A stretch of 64,000 bases of DNA from Alphaproteobacteria bacterium (GTDB lineage Bacteria; Pseudomonadota; Alphaproteobacteria; Bin95), in NCBI GenBank assembly GCA_965205265.1, contig CBDBGH010000003.1:4672001-4736000 (forward strand). Reading direction: 5' to 3'. Of this stretch, positions 1-9,971 are shown in pieces. The position numbers and the translations under genes are program-made. Below the pieces are notes generated by a model. The model was not told the origin of the DNA and searched no databases. It saw only the letters and a program-made list of their open reading frames with translations. Position 1 is the stretch's first letter. Every line of letters starts with the position of its first letter.

Positions 1-862
1 CGCGCTCGAAGGCCTCGCGCACGGTGAGGGAGCGGTCGTCCGGCCAGCGACGGTCGGCGGCGACGCCGTCGCACCAGGCGCGGGCCCGGGCGTTCAGGTC
101 GTCGAGGTCGCGCCAGGCGCGGGCGGCGAAGAAGTTGTCGCGCACATAGCGTATGGCGCGCTCCACGCGCCCCTTCTCGTTGCCGCGCGCGACCGCGACC
201 GGCTTGGGCAGGAAGCGGTAGCGGGCGGCGAAGTCGAGGAGCCGGGGGTTGAACCGGATGGCGTCGCCCTGGCGCTCCAGCACGACGCTCTTCAGGTTGT
301 CGTACCATAGCTCGCGGGGCACGCCCTGCCAGGCCTCGAAGGCCTCGACATGGCCGCGCAGGAAGTTGTCCATCGCGGCATTGAGGTAGAAGTGCAGGAA
401 GATGCGGCGCGAGTAGCTCAGCACCATCACGAAGCCCATCAGCGGGCGCTCCGCGCGCCCGATCCTCACCTTGCCGAAGTGGGCCCAGTCCACCTGGGCC
501 AGCTCGCCGGGCAGGGTCTTGAGGCGCAGATAGGCCTCGGCCACAGGCCGCGGGCGCTCCGGCGCGATCATGCGCCGGAAGTGGCTCTGGCTGCCCCGGT
601 AGCCGCGCTCGACCGCCATCTGGTAGAGCCGGCTGGCTGGCAGCCTGGGCCAGACCGCCAGGGTCTGGCGGATGAAGGGCCGGAACGGATCGATCATCGA
701 AGCCCTGCGCCGCCTCTCACGCGCGGGCGCCCCGGCGGCCGCTACCGCGCGCTCGACCGTGCCGTGGTGGACGCCGAGCTGGCGCGCGATCGTGCCGATC
801 CTCCACTTCTCGGCAAAATACAGCCGCTGGATCTCGGCACGGGTCTGCTTGTCGATCGCCAT
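1..862 (-). CDS. istA: IS21 transposase IstA (partial, runs off window)
   Basis: Manual translation: [36 protein letters not shown] (HTH); [22 protein letters not shown] and [13 protein letters not shown] motifs. Confidence 0.9.
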   Translation of the reverse strand, partial: MAIDKQTRAEIQRLYFAEKWRIGTIARQLGVHHGTVERAVAAAGAPARERRRRASMIDPFRPFIRQTLAVWPRLPASRLYQMAVERGYRGSQSHFRRMIAPERPRPVAEAYLRLKTLPGELAQVDWAHFGKVRIGRAERPLMGFVMVLSYSRRIFLHFYLNAAMDNFLRGHVEAFEAWQGVPRELWYDNLKSVVLERQGDAIRFNPRLLDFAARYRFLPKPVAVARGNEKGRVERAIRYVRDNFFAARAWRDLDDLNARARAWCDGVAADRRWPDDRSLTVREAFER

Positions 863-863
863 C

Positions 864-1298
864 TCACTCCCTTCGCGCCTGGCGCAGGCCCGGATAGACC
901 GCCAGGCCGCAGAACCGACCGCAGCGCTCGCAGCGGAACACCCGGGCGGGACGGTCGGGCCCGAAGGGCCGGGTTCCGGACCGCCCCGCCGGTATGCGCG
1001 CCACATCAGGACGCCGGCGCGCGACGGTCAAAGGGTGATGCGTCACTTTCTGCGCGATGGCCCGAACTGCCGGCTGCCGCACACGGCGCCGTTCGCGGTA
1101 GCGCCGCTGGCGCTCGGCATGCTTGTGACGGCCCCGGCGGCTGTTCTGGTAGCGCTGCCCCGCAAGGCGCACCGACCGACGCCGCGCCCGCCCGCTGCAA
1201 CGCGGCGAACAGTAGATATGGCCAGAGTCGCAGCGCCGGCAGAGAACCACCTGGCGGCGGCACAGGGCGCAGGTGAACAGGCGGGCGGCGTTCCTCAT
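864..1298 (-). CDS. Small Cys-rich, basic, putative zinc-binding protein upstream of istA
   Basis: [34 protein letters not shown]...CERCGRFC; stop abuts the istA start. Confidence 0.7.
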   Translation of the reverse strand: MRNAARLFTCALCRRQVVLCRRCDSGHIYCSPRCSGRARRRSVRLAGQRYQNSRRGRHKHAERQRRYRERRRVRQPAVRAIAQKVTHHPLTVARRRPDVARIPAGRSGTRPFGPDRPARVFRCERCGRFCGLAVYPGLRQARRE

Positions 1299-1680
1299 CG
1301 CGACCGATGAGAACGGGGTGGACCCACGCCCGGACGCGCACGATACTGCGCTTCCGGGCCGCGCCTTGCATGGCTCGGGGGGTGCGGCGCCGGTCGTTGC
1401 CACCAAGCCAACGGGGCCGGCGCCGCATCGTTCTCAGAAGCCCCAGTCTACCCCCTGCCGCAGCCCGGGAACGGCCAACCCGGTCGCCAGGACGTCGCCG
1501 CCCTCCGGGAGGCGAAAATCTCAACGCGACGGGGGCCGAGGACTCCGGTCGGGCTACGCCCTCCTTCCGTCCTCGGCCCCCGTCATAAACCCGGCCGCGC
1601 CTGTCTCACGCTGTTTGTCGTGCGCACCACAAAAGCGCGCTACGCCAGCAAATATGCGCCCTTTATGATAATCACCGACA

Positions 1681-2242
1681 GGCGGTTGAGCCACAGATGT
1701 CCGGCGAGCGAAGCGGCCTCGTGACTGATGCCCTCCATGAGGCAGCCGTCGCTGGCGACGACATAGGTCCGATGGTCGACAAGATTGCCGAAACGCGCAT
1801 TCAGGATGCGCTCGGCAAGCGCCATGCCGACGGCGTTCGCGAGTCCCTGGCCGAGCGGGCCGGTCGTGGTCTCGATACCGGTGGCATGACCGTGCTCCGG
1901 GTGGCCCGCTGCGCGGCTGCCGAGCTGACGGAAGCTCCTGATCTCGTCCATCGTCATGTCAGCATGGCCGGTGAGATGGAGGAGCGCGTAGAGCAGCATG
2001 GAGCCGTGACCAGCCGAGAGCACGAAGCGGTCGCGGTCGGGCCAGTCCGGCGCAGTCGGATCGAACTTCAGACAGCGGGTGAACAGCACCGTCGCCACGT
2101 CGGCCATGCCCATGGGCATGCCGGGGTGGCCGGACCCGGCGGCCTCCACGGCGTCCATCGCCAGGGCGCGAATGGCGTTCGCCATTGCGCGTTCCGAAAC
2201 CTGGCTCGTCGCCCTGTCGCTCACGTCTCGACTCTCCGGCAT
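1681..2242 (-). pseudogene. tkt: Transketolase, N-terminal fragment truncated by insertion
   Basis: [13 protein letters not shown]...[41 protein letters not shown]; similarity ends abruptly after NRL. Confidence 0.9.
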
Positions 2243-2726
2243 GGAGGGCCCGGACGGGCCCGATTCGATCCGCGGCACCTTGGCTTTGGTCTCCGGGAGC
2301 GTCAACCGGCGCGTGATCCTCAGCCGCGGCCTTCTGCTCTTCGGCCGGCCTCGACCGCCCGTCATGGGCGTGGCTTGGGTTTGTGAGCGGGAGGAGGAAT
2401 GGAGGGCAAGCAGGCTTCTCGGAGCTTGTTGTGAACAAACAGGTTCTGGCATCCTCTGCATATCGCTGATCTGAATTCGGGCGAGCATCATTAGATGCGG
2501 TGTGTGTCCAGGCTCCCGCCCTCCGTGCGGTCGAACAGGGCATGCACCGCCGCGATGCCCATTTGCCGCAACCCCGGCAACGGCAAGGAGTTCCAGCCGT
2601 CGGGCGCTTGAGCGAGACGACCGCCAACGATTCCTGGACCGCCAACGATTCGTGAGCGCGTCCGCGTCGCCTTCCCTTCGGCAAAATTGCGCATGGCGAG
2701 CGGTCAGGCGCGGGTTCTGGACAGCG

Positions 2727-4473
2727 CTACGCCGCTATATCTGCCGTCGGACGAAGAGGCACGCGGAAGAAGAGGGCGGCGGCAAATGACAGGACCGTCA
2801 TGGCGGCGATGATGGAGAAAACGTCGTTCAGCGCCCCGGCCAGTGCCGAGACCAAGGAATCGTTCAGCATGCCCGCAAGAGCGGCCCCGGCCGGCTCAGC
2901 TCCCGTGGTCTGCGCCATCAAGGACTCCGCAAGGAACCGATCAGCCAACGCTTCGGGGCGGCTCTTGAGAGCATCGAGTTCACTCGGTGAAAACGCCTCC
3001 CTCACGCGGTTGGGGACGGTCTCGTCGAATGCCAAGCGGAAGCGCTGCTCCATCACCGCGCCCAGCACGGCGATACCCAGCATGCCGCCGAGCGACCGGA
3101 AGAATTGCAGGCCCGCGGTCGCTGCGCCCACGAGAGCGAACGGGACCGTATTCTGCACAGCAAGCGAGAGCGTAGCCACGGTCGCGCCGAAGCCGAGCCC
3201 GACGACCGAGACATAGAATGCGCATGCGAGCAGGCTCGTCGTCTCGTTCATGGTGGAAAGCGGATACATGCCAAACACCATGAGGCCGGTGCCGGCCAGC
3301 GCCTGGAGCCGGTAGTGTCCGCCGGCTCTCGAAAGCAACTGTCCCGAGACGATTCCGCCGCCGACCATGCCGAGGAGTATGGGAATCAGGAGATAGCCGC
3401 TGATGGTCGCCGATATCCCCAACACGACCTGGAAGAACAGCGGCAGGAACAGCACGCTTCCGTAAAGCCCCAAACTGGTCAGCAGCGTGACGACGACGGC
3501 CACGCCAACCACCCGATCGGCATAGATTCCCAACGGCATGACGGGCACGGACGCCTTGGTCTCAAGGACCACGAAAAGCCCGCTCATCGCCAGCCCGAAA
3601 GCGAGCAGGCCGAGTGACGACGACGGCCACGCCAACCACCCGATCGGCATAGATTCCCAACGGCATGACGGGCACGGACGCCTTGGTCTCAAGGACCACG
3701 AAAAGCCCGCTCATCGCCAGCCCGAAAGCGAGCAGGCCGATGATCTGCGGCGTGTCCCAGCCGTACCGCACGCCGCCCAGAGAGAGCGCAAGAAGAAGGG
3801 GGACAACGGCGAGGGCCAGCGCCACCATGCCGGGAAGGTCGAGCCGCGGAGTCTTCGCGGCCCGACCGCGGGCGGGATAGTTCTTCGCGATCAAAGCTAG
3901 AATCGGGATGCCGGCCAAGGCGATCAGGATGAACGCCCACTGCCAGGAAAGCCGCTCGGCGACCAATCCGCCCAAGACCGGCCCTGCGACGGAGGCCACG
4001 CCGAAGGCAGCACCGAGCAGGCCGTGATACTTGCCCCGGTCTTCGGGTCGGAACAGGTCGGCGATGGAGACGTAGCAGCAGGTCATGACGACCCCGCCGC
4101 CGATCCCCTGCAGGATCCGGAACGCGACAACCTGGGTCATCGAAGTACTGACGCCGACGAGCCAGGAGCCGGCGATGAACACCGCCATGCCGACGATCAG
4201 GAAGCGCTTGCGTCCGTGGATATCGCTCAGCCTGCCCGCAATGGGAGCGATGACGGTCGCCGCGACGATGTAGGAGGTCACGGCCCACGTGTAGCGCTCG
4301 AATCCGCCGAGATCGACGACCATCAACGGCAGGGTCGTGGCAACCACGGTCTGGCTCAGCGCTGCCAGGAACATGGCCAACATCACGCAGATCATGGCCG
4401 GCATCACCAGGCGCGGAGGGGGCGCCACGAAATCCTGGTCAGCCGACGCTCCGCAAGCGGAGTCAGCCATCAT
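2727..4473 (-). CDS. DHA2 (EmrB/QacA-like) MFS efflux transporter, frame broken by a 127-bp duplication
   Basis: [11 protein letters not shown] motif A and many TM helices; removing the duplication leaves 1620 bp in one frame. Confidence 0.85.
3487..3740. repeat. Perfect 127-bp tandem duplication (3487-3613 and 3614-3740)
   Basis: Direct comparison of the two units. Confidence 0.95.
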
Positions 4474-4509
4474 CAGCCCCGCCGGCGCGGCCGGTGATAG
4501 AGTGGCCGC

Positions 4510-5727
4510 TCAAGGAGCCTTCTTCCGGCCCGGTCGACGTACCAGACCGTAGGCGCTGTAGCCCCAGCGGGACAGGGTCGAGAAGGCATATCCAGGTGTC
4601 AGGAACCGTTCGCGGACTGGCAGGAATTCGTTGGCATCGAGATCCTCGATCGCCGACAGCACGCGGTCCAACAGAGCGGTCGCCAGGTCGCAGCGTCGAC
4701 GGTCGGTCACATCGAAACCGCCGCATCCCAGAATGCAGGCCACAAAGGCACCGAGGATGTTTTGTCGGTAGCTGCGCCAGCAATCCTCGAATGTCCAGTT
4801 CCTGGCCCCCATGCGGCAGACGATGTCGTGGTATTCCTCCAAGGCTTCCCGCTCGATCCGGCGGCGGGTGTCGACAGGAACGCTTGTCGCCAGGAAATAT
4901 GCCACGTCGTAGAGGCCGCAGCCCGATCCGCAGCCCTGCCAGTCGATCGCGGCAAAGCCGTCCTTGGCCCCCGATGCCGAAGAACAGACGAAGAACATGT
5001 TCTCCGCCCGGTAGTCGCCATGGACCAGCGTCATCGGGGTGGTCGCGATGTTGGCGAAGTGGGCGGCGACCCGCGGCCCTAGCGCTTCGGCAAACCTGCG
5101 CAACTCGGGCGAGAACCGGCTGCTGAAGTGTTCGAGTACGGAGGGTAGGCATATCAGATAGACCGTCTGAAGGATTCGCGCGCATCGGGTGTTGAGGGTG
5201 TCGTAGAGGCTTGATAAGGGTGGCCGGTCGGCTGCGTTCCAATACTGCCCGTGCATCCGGGCAGCCTCCTGCAGGGCAAGGCGCGCCCGCGCGTCTTCGA
5301 CGCCGACCGACTGGGGGATGGTCTCCATCGGGTGCATATCTTCGAGCACCAGAACGAAGCGGTGGTCGCGTGCCTCGAACGCGCCATAGTATAGGGAAGG
5401 CGACCGCATCGGCGCATTCGCTGCCGCGCACCGGTAGTAATCGTACTCCCGCTTGTGCAGCGACAGCCATCTGGCGAACCGCAACGCCTTTCCGTCGGTT
5501 CCCGGCAGTTTGACAATGACTGTCCCGGGTATCGGGGACGAGTCGTCGCGGGCGATCAGGCGGCAGCGCAAAACGGTACCGAACACATTGGTTGCCGTCC
5601 CCAGATTGTCAACTTCGACCGAATCGACCCGCGGTGCGCCAAATAACCCGCTGGCGGTCAGCGCCTCCTGCATCCATGCGACGGTGATGTCTTGCGGGCT
5701 GTCGCAAAGCAGCGATCGAACCGTCAC
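4510..5727 (-). CDS. APH/choline/ecdysteroid-kinase-like phosphotransferase
   Basis: VIVK, HGDYRAENM and IDWQ motifs; GTG start overlaps the P450 TGA stop (GTGA coupling). Confidence 0.85.
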   Translation of the reverse strand: MTVRSLLCDSPQDITVAWMQEALTASGLFGAPRVDSVEVDNLGTATNVFGTVLRCRLIARDDSSPIPGTVIVKLPGTDGKALRFARWLSLHKREYDYYRCAAANAPMRSPSLYYGAFEARDHRFVLVLEDMHPMETIPQSVGVEDARARLALQEAARMHGQYWNAADRPPLSSLYDTLNTRCARILQTVYLICLPSVLEHFSSRFSPELRRFAEALGPRVAAHFANIATTPMTLVHGDYRAENMFFVCSSASGAKDGFAAIDWQGCGSGCGLYDVAYFLATSVPVDTRRRIEREALEEYHDIVCRMGARNWTFEDCWRSYRQNILGAFVACILGCGGFDVTDRRRCDLATALLDRVLSAIEDLDANEFLPVRERFLTPGYAFSTLSRWGYSAYGLVRRPGRKKAP

Positions 5728-7791
5728 GCCCCACGCCTCCGCTCGCCGGTCACCCGAAATCGGAACGAGGCGTCGGGATGGGACGCCGGCATGTGCCTGA
5801 TCCGGAGGGGGCGGTCGGGCCGCTCTAACGCGATATCGACCTCGCGGACGATGGTTGCCAGGGTGAACATGACCTGCACCTCGGCGAAGCCGCTTCCGAG
5901 GCAGCGGTGTCTGCCCAGGCCGAACGGAACGAACGCCGGGGGGGGGGGGCTGTCGGAAACGTTCGATGTCGAAACGCTCCGGTTCCGGAAAGCACTCCGG
6001 CAGGCGGTGGCCGACCGACGTGCCGATGAGGATCTGCGCACCGGCTGGAATCCGAAAGCCGCGGAAATCGAATGCGTTGGACACGATACGCATGACCACC
6101 GGAACCACCGGATACATGCGCAGCGTCTCAAGCACGACGCGGTGCGTGACGTCAAGTACGCGCAGGTCCTCCACAGCAGGCGTTCCCCGGTCGAACACGG
6201 CATCGACCTCCGCTCTCACCTGCGCGAGCAGGTCCGGATGCTTCAGCAGGGCGTAGAGCATATACGAGCAGGTACTCGAGGCAGTGTCGAGACCGACGAA
6301 GTAGGGTCCGAGAAAGGCCATCATGTAGTCGGTCTCGGAAAGGAATTGCGGATCCTGCCGGTTCATCTCCAGCAATTCGTCGATAAAATCCGGGGGCTTG
6401 CCGTCGCGGATCTCCGGTCGGTGCACGTCGAGGATCTTGGCGTACAACTTGTCCACGCCCCGGCGGGCACGCCGGAAGCGGGGCCGGAGCGCCGCCAGCT
6501 TCGGCCATCGGCGCAGGATGTGAACATTGAGCAGCGTCTCGAGAAAGACAACCAGATCGTCCACATGCTCCCGCGAAGAGATGCCGGTCAGCGAGAGGCC
6601 TGTCTGTTCGGCGACGATCCGTTGCATGGCCTGCTGGGTCGCTACCGGTCGGTCGCGCGGCCATGCGGCGATGCTGCGGCGGGTGACGTCGAGGAAGTCG
6701 CCCAGCCTGGCCTCGATGACCTTGGGAGAATAGGCCTTGGCCAGCAACTTGCGCATACGAAGATGCTCGCTGCCGTCCATGCCCACCACCAGATGTCTGG
6801 TTCCGGTGGCGAAGCTGAAGTCGCGCCAGAGCTCGTGGGTGCGAAGGTGGGTACTCCCGATCTTCGTCAGAAACTTGATCGCGTCAGGACCGGCAAAGGC
6901 GATGAAGCGCCGGTTGAACGCCCGAACGCGAAAGATCGGGCCGTGCTTGCGATACTCTCTGGCGAGAAACGCAGTGAGGTCGCCGGCCATGTCGAAGGCG
7001 TTGCCGGCAAGCGGCCATCCCGCCGCCGCCGGAATCTCTTCATGGGAACGGGCAGCCACCTCCGTTGTCGCCTTGGGGTCGATCCGTCTGGCGGCCGCCG
7101 CGACCTCCCGACCAACCAGATCCAGCCCCGCGATCCAGTCGATCCGGTCGCGCACGCCAGCCAGTTCCTCGCGGGAAAGAATGCTCTCGAAGACACCGCA
7201 GGCCGCGGCCAGGCTAACGATGAGGAGATCGCGTGGGTCGGGAACATCCTCGCTGAAGATCAGCCGCATGATCCGGAACTGGACGTCCTCGGAGGTCGTC
7301 TTGTCCGCGACCGGATAGCGGCGCGTGCGTGCTACCGGGCGCGAGAGAAAGACGAGGCCGTTGGCCTCGGCTTCCAGAATCCCGCGCGCTACCAGCCGGT
7401 CTCTCGCCCGACTGTTGATCCTGTCGCCGCGCCCGGCGACCCGCTCGAGCCAGAAGGCGCTGTCGCGAACCTCCACGTGTGCCGCGATGTCAGACAGGAT
7501 CGGGTCAAGCAGATCATCGCCCGTCGGCGCAGGGTCGACCACGAACAGGTGATCGGGATCGGTGTCGATGCGGTTCTCCAGCGCCAAGTCCATCAGCACG
7601 GCCCCGGCCATCACGAGGTCCCGGCCGCGCGCCGGAAGCGAGAATTGAAGATCACCCTTCTCGGTATCTAGGACGAGAAGGAATATCTCTTCCGTTATCG
7701 TCAGCGCGTCCGTCCGTCCCGCTTGACGTTCACAACCAGCCGGCTGGGACGTGTCGCTGGAACGGCACGCATCGTTACTCGCGTCACTCAT
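5724..7791 (-). CDS. GPP34/GOLPH3-like domain fused to cytochrome P450, frameshifted at a G12 tract (5938-5949)
   Basis: N-terminal LTITEEIFLLVLD...AGAVLMDLALENRI (GPP34-like); P450 motifs VGLDT, ETLR, PERF; heme motif FGLGRHRCLG lies in the other frame. Confidence 0.85.
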
Positions 7792-7906
7792 CTTCGTTGC
7801 GACTCTTTCTGGGAGCTACCGTCGGGCTAGGCAGAATCATATGGATGCGGCCTTCAACCAGATGTCGTCGTTCGAAAAACACAGCTCACATCCCTCAGAT
7901 CGACAA

Positions 7907-7934
7907 TTGACAGTAGAACACACGGAAGTATATT
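7907..7934 (+). promoter_or_regulatory. Putative sigma70 promoter for the OMP gene
   Basis: TTGACA-16 bp-TATATT, then AAGGA before ATG 7955. Confidence 0.55.
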
Positions 7935-7954
7935 GATACATCTAAGGAATAGAT

Positions 7955-8776
7955 ATGACCAGCATACCATTTTCCGGAGCCACTGCAATTCTTGTTGCCG
8001 CGGCCCTAGCGCCGCTCGCCGCACCGGCCAGCGCGCTGGCGGCCGATTCGCCGTGGTATCTGGGCTTCCAGGTGCCAGTCATGTTCATTGACGATACCAA
8101 ATCCAAAGTGACCGGCAGCAATATGCTCGCCGTACCACCAAGTCCAACTCCGGTTGCGGTCCCCTACAGCGGAACGGCCACCTCCGAATACGATGCGGGG
8201 TTCAAGATCGCCGGCATGGTGGGCCACAGGCTCGGCGGCGGCCTGCGCGTCGAGGGCGAAGTGTTCTTCTCGCGCGCTAGGGTGGACAAGCAGACCTATG
8301 GCAATATCGTCTCGGCGGGGATGTCAATTCCCATAGAGGTGGCTACCCCGGTCTCGGGCAACGCCGAACAGATTGGCGCGTTTGCGAATGTCTGGTTCGA
8401 CATCCCGACGGGCTCCGACTGGGTGCCCTATATCGGCGGCGGTGCCGGCTTCATCCGCACAGACCTAGGCAGCTTGGAATATGACGACAACAAGCTGACG
8501 CAGGACCTCTTGGACCTTAACTTAGGATCCAACGCGCCGCAATTGCCTCCCGGCTTCGTCCCGTCGATTTCGTCGAGCGATACGCAGTTCGCTTGGCACT
8601 TGGGCGCCGGGGTGGGCTACCGGCTCGACGACAGCACCACGCTCCAGTTCGGCTACCGCCTGCAGACCACGCGGAACTTCGAGTTCGACGGCAGGAATGC
8701 CCTCGGCAACAGCATCGAGGTGAGGACTGAATTTCGGGCGCATCTGTTCGAGGTCGGAGTGCGGACGACCTTCTGA
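7955..8776 (+). CDS. Outer-membrane beta-barrel protein (Opa/P44-Msp2/OmpW-like)
   Basis: Signal peptide, PYIGGGAG, FAWHLGAGVGY, C-terminal Phe. Confidence 0.85.
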   Translation: MTSIPFSGATAILVAAALAPLAAPASALAADSPWYLGFQVPVMFIDDTKSKVTGSNMLAVPPSPTPVAVPYSGTATSEYDAGFKIAGMVGHRLGGGLRVEGEVFFSRARVDKQTYGNIVSAGMSIPIEVATPVSGNAEQIGAFANVWFDIPTGSDWVPYIGGGAGFIRTDLGSLEYDDNKLTQDLLDLNLGSNAPQLPPGFVPSISSSDTQFAWHLGAGVGYRLDDSTTLQFGYRLQTTRNFEFDGRNALGNSIEVRTEFRAHLFEVGVRTTF

Positions 8777-8916
8777 CGAATCCGCCCAGTCACCAGCGCC
8801 ATTCCGGCCACCAGCACCGCCATCGCCGCCGTGCAGAGGCCGGCCAGCACCAGCGGTATCAGCCATCTGTCATGATCAACCATGACCGCCATCCCCGTGC
8901 CCGGGGACGCCCGGCC

Positions 8917-9147
8917 TCACGGCGATATCCTGCGTTCGGCAGCCCACGCCTCCAGATGGTCGCCCCGGTAGCGCACGCAGCCCCCGAAGCGGTGGAACCA
9001 CGGCCCCTCCCCGGTGATGCGCCAGCGCGCCAGCGTCGCCAGGGAAAGCCCGAGCCGGGCCGCCGCCTCGCGGGTGTCCACATACCCCCGCTCCCCGCCA
9101 CGGGCCGGCCGGGCGGTTCCTCCGCGGGCAACGCCGGCCGCGGCCAC
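8917..9147 (-). CDS. Excisionase-like HTH (HTH_17) domain
   Basis: YVDTREAAARLGLSLATLARWRITGEGPWFHRFGGCVRY; start uncertain, possibly the frameshifted tail of the upstream ORF. Confidence 0.65.
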   Translation of the reverse strand: MAAAGVARGGTARPARGGERGYVDTREAAARLGLSLATLARWRITGEGPWFHRFGGCVRYRGDHLEAWAAERRISP

Positions 9148-9149
9148 GG

Positions 9150-9518
9150 GGCGCCGGTCAGCAGCGCCGGCATCGCGCCGGCGCGGGCACGGACCTCATG
9201 CCGTTCGGCCGGGCTCGCAAGCGACCGCATCGCCGCGCGCACCGCCTCCACCGTCGCCAGCGTCGGCGACACGCCGCCCAGCAGATGCGCGACGAAGGAG
9301 GGGTTGCCCGTCGCCTCCTGTCCGAACAGCGAGCGCTTGATCCCCGTCACCGCGAGAAACGCCTCGACCTCCCGGCGGAAGGCGGGGCCGGCCGGCGGCG
9401 CGCCCATGACGGCGAGCGCCCGGTCCACTGTCCCGAGGCGCAGGTTCCGGCCGTTGCGCACCGAGGCGACGAAGCCGCGGTCGCCCACCGCGGCCGCGCC
9501 GAACGCCCCGGCGCTCAT
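9150..9518 (-). CDS. Hypothetical protein with two tandem Cro-like repeats (possibly degraded)
   Basis: Repeated units ..VEAW..GMSAGAFGAAAVGDRGFV.. and ..VEAF..GIKRSLFGQEATGNPSFV..; boundaries approximate. Confidence 0.45.
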
Positions 9519-9971
9519 CCCGCTCCGGGCGCACCAGGCCTCGACCGCCCGCAGGAACCGGGCCGCCAGGGATCGGGCGGGACTGTCTCCGATGCCTTCA
9601 TGCCAGGACAGATAGGAAACGCGGACCGGCGGGGAAACCGCCTTCGATATGGCAAATCCCGCGCTTCATGCCCCTGGCGGCGCATGCCGCGCATGCCCGG
9701 CGCTGCAGGATGACAAGAATCTCTCGGGGTTATCCGTCGTGCGACCGGGCCACGCCATTTGCGGGGCTTCAATGAGGCTGCCACACATCCGCAACCGCTC
9801 CAGGCCCTCGGAAACACCGATGCCCCGGGGAGCTTTCAGTGTCGGGGCGGAGGGCCGGTCCGGCGCAGGCAATCCCATGGGAAGCGGGGGAACTTCACAT
9901 TGCGGCAATCATTGGCGGCGACCGGCGCCATTCGGCGGCGCCCGTCGGGGGTCGGACGGCGCGAACTCCGC

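Larger units (their letters stand above)
1..1631 (-). mobile_element. IS21-family element, left part (continues beyond window start)
   Basis: Minus-strand end TGTGGTGCGCACGACAAACAGCGTGAGACA near 1631, followed by a Cys-rich ORF and istA; exact terminal base uncertain by a few bp. Confidence 0.8.

Noticed and set aside
2619-2651. Short tandem repeat GACCGCCAACGATTC x2
   Set aside because: Two copies only, no supportable function.
4510-7791. 1093-aa GPP34-P450-kinase triple fusion
   Set aside because: It arises from the G12 frameshift; the heme motif is in another frame and a GTGA stop/start overlap shows two genes.
9766-9800. CRISPR repeat-like GCTTCAATGAGGC
   Set aside because: Single partial match, no array and no cas genes.
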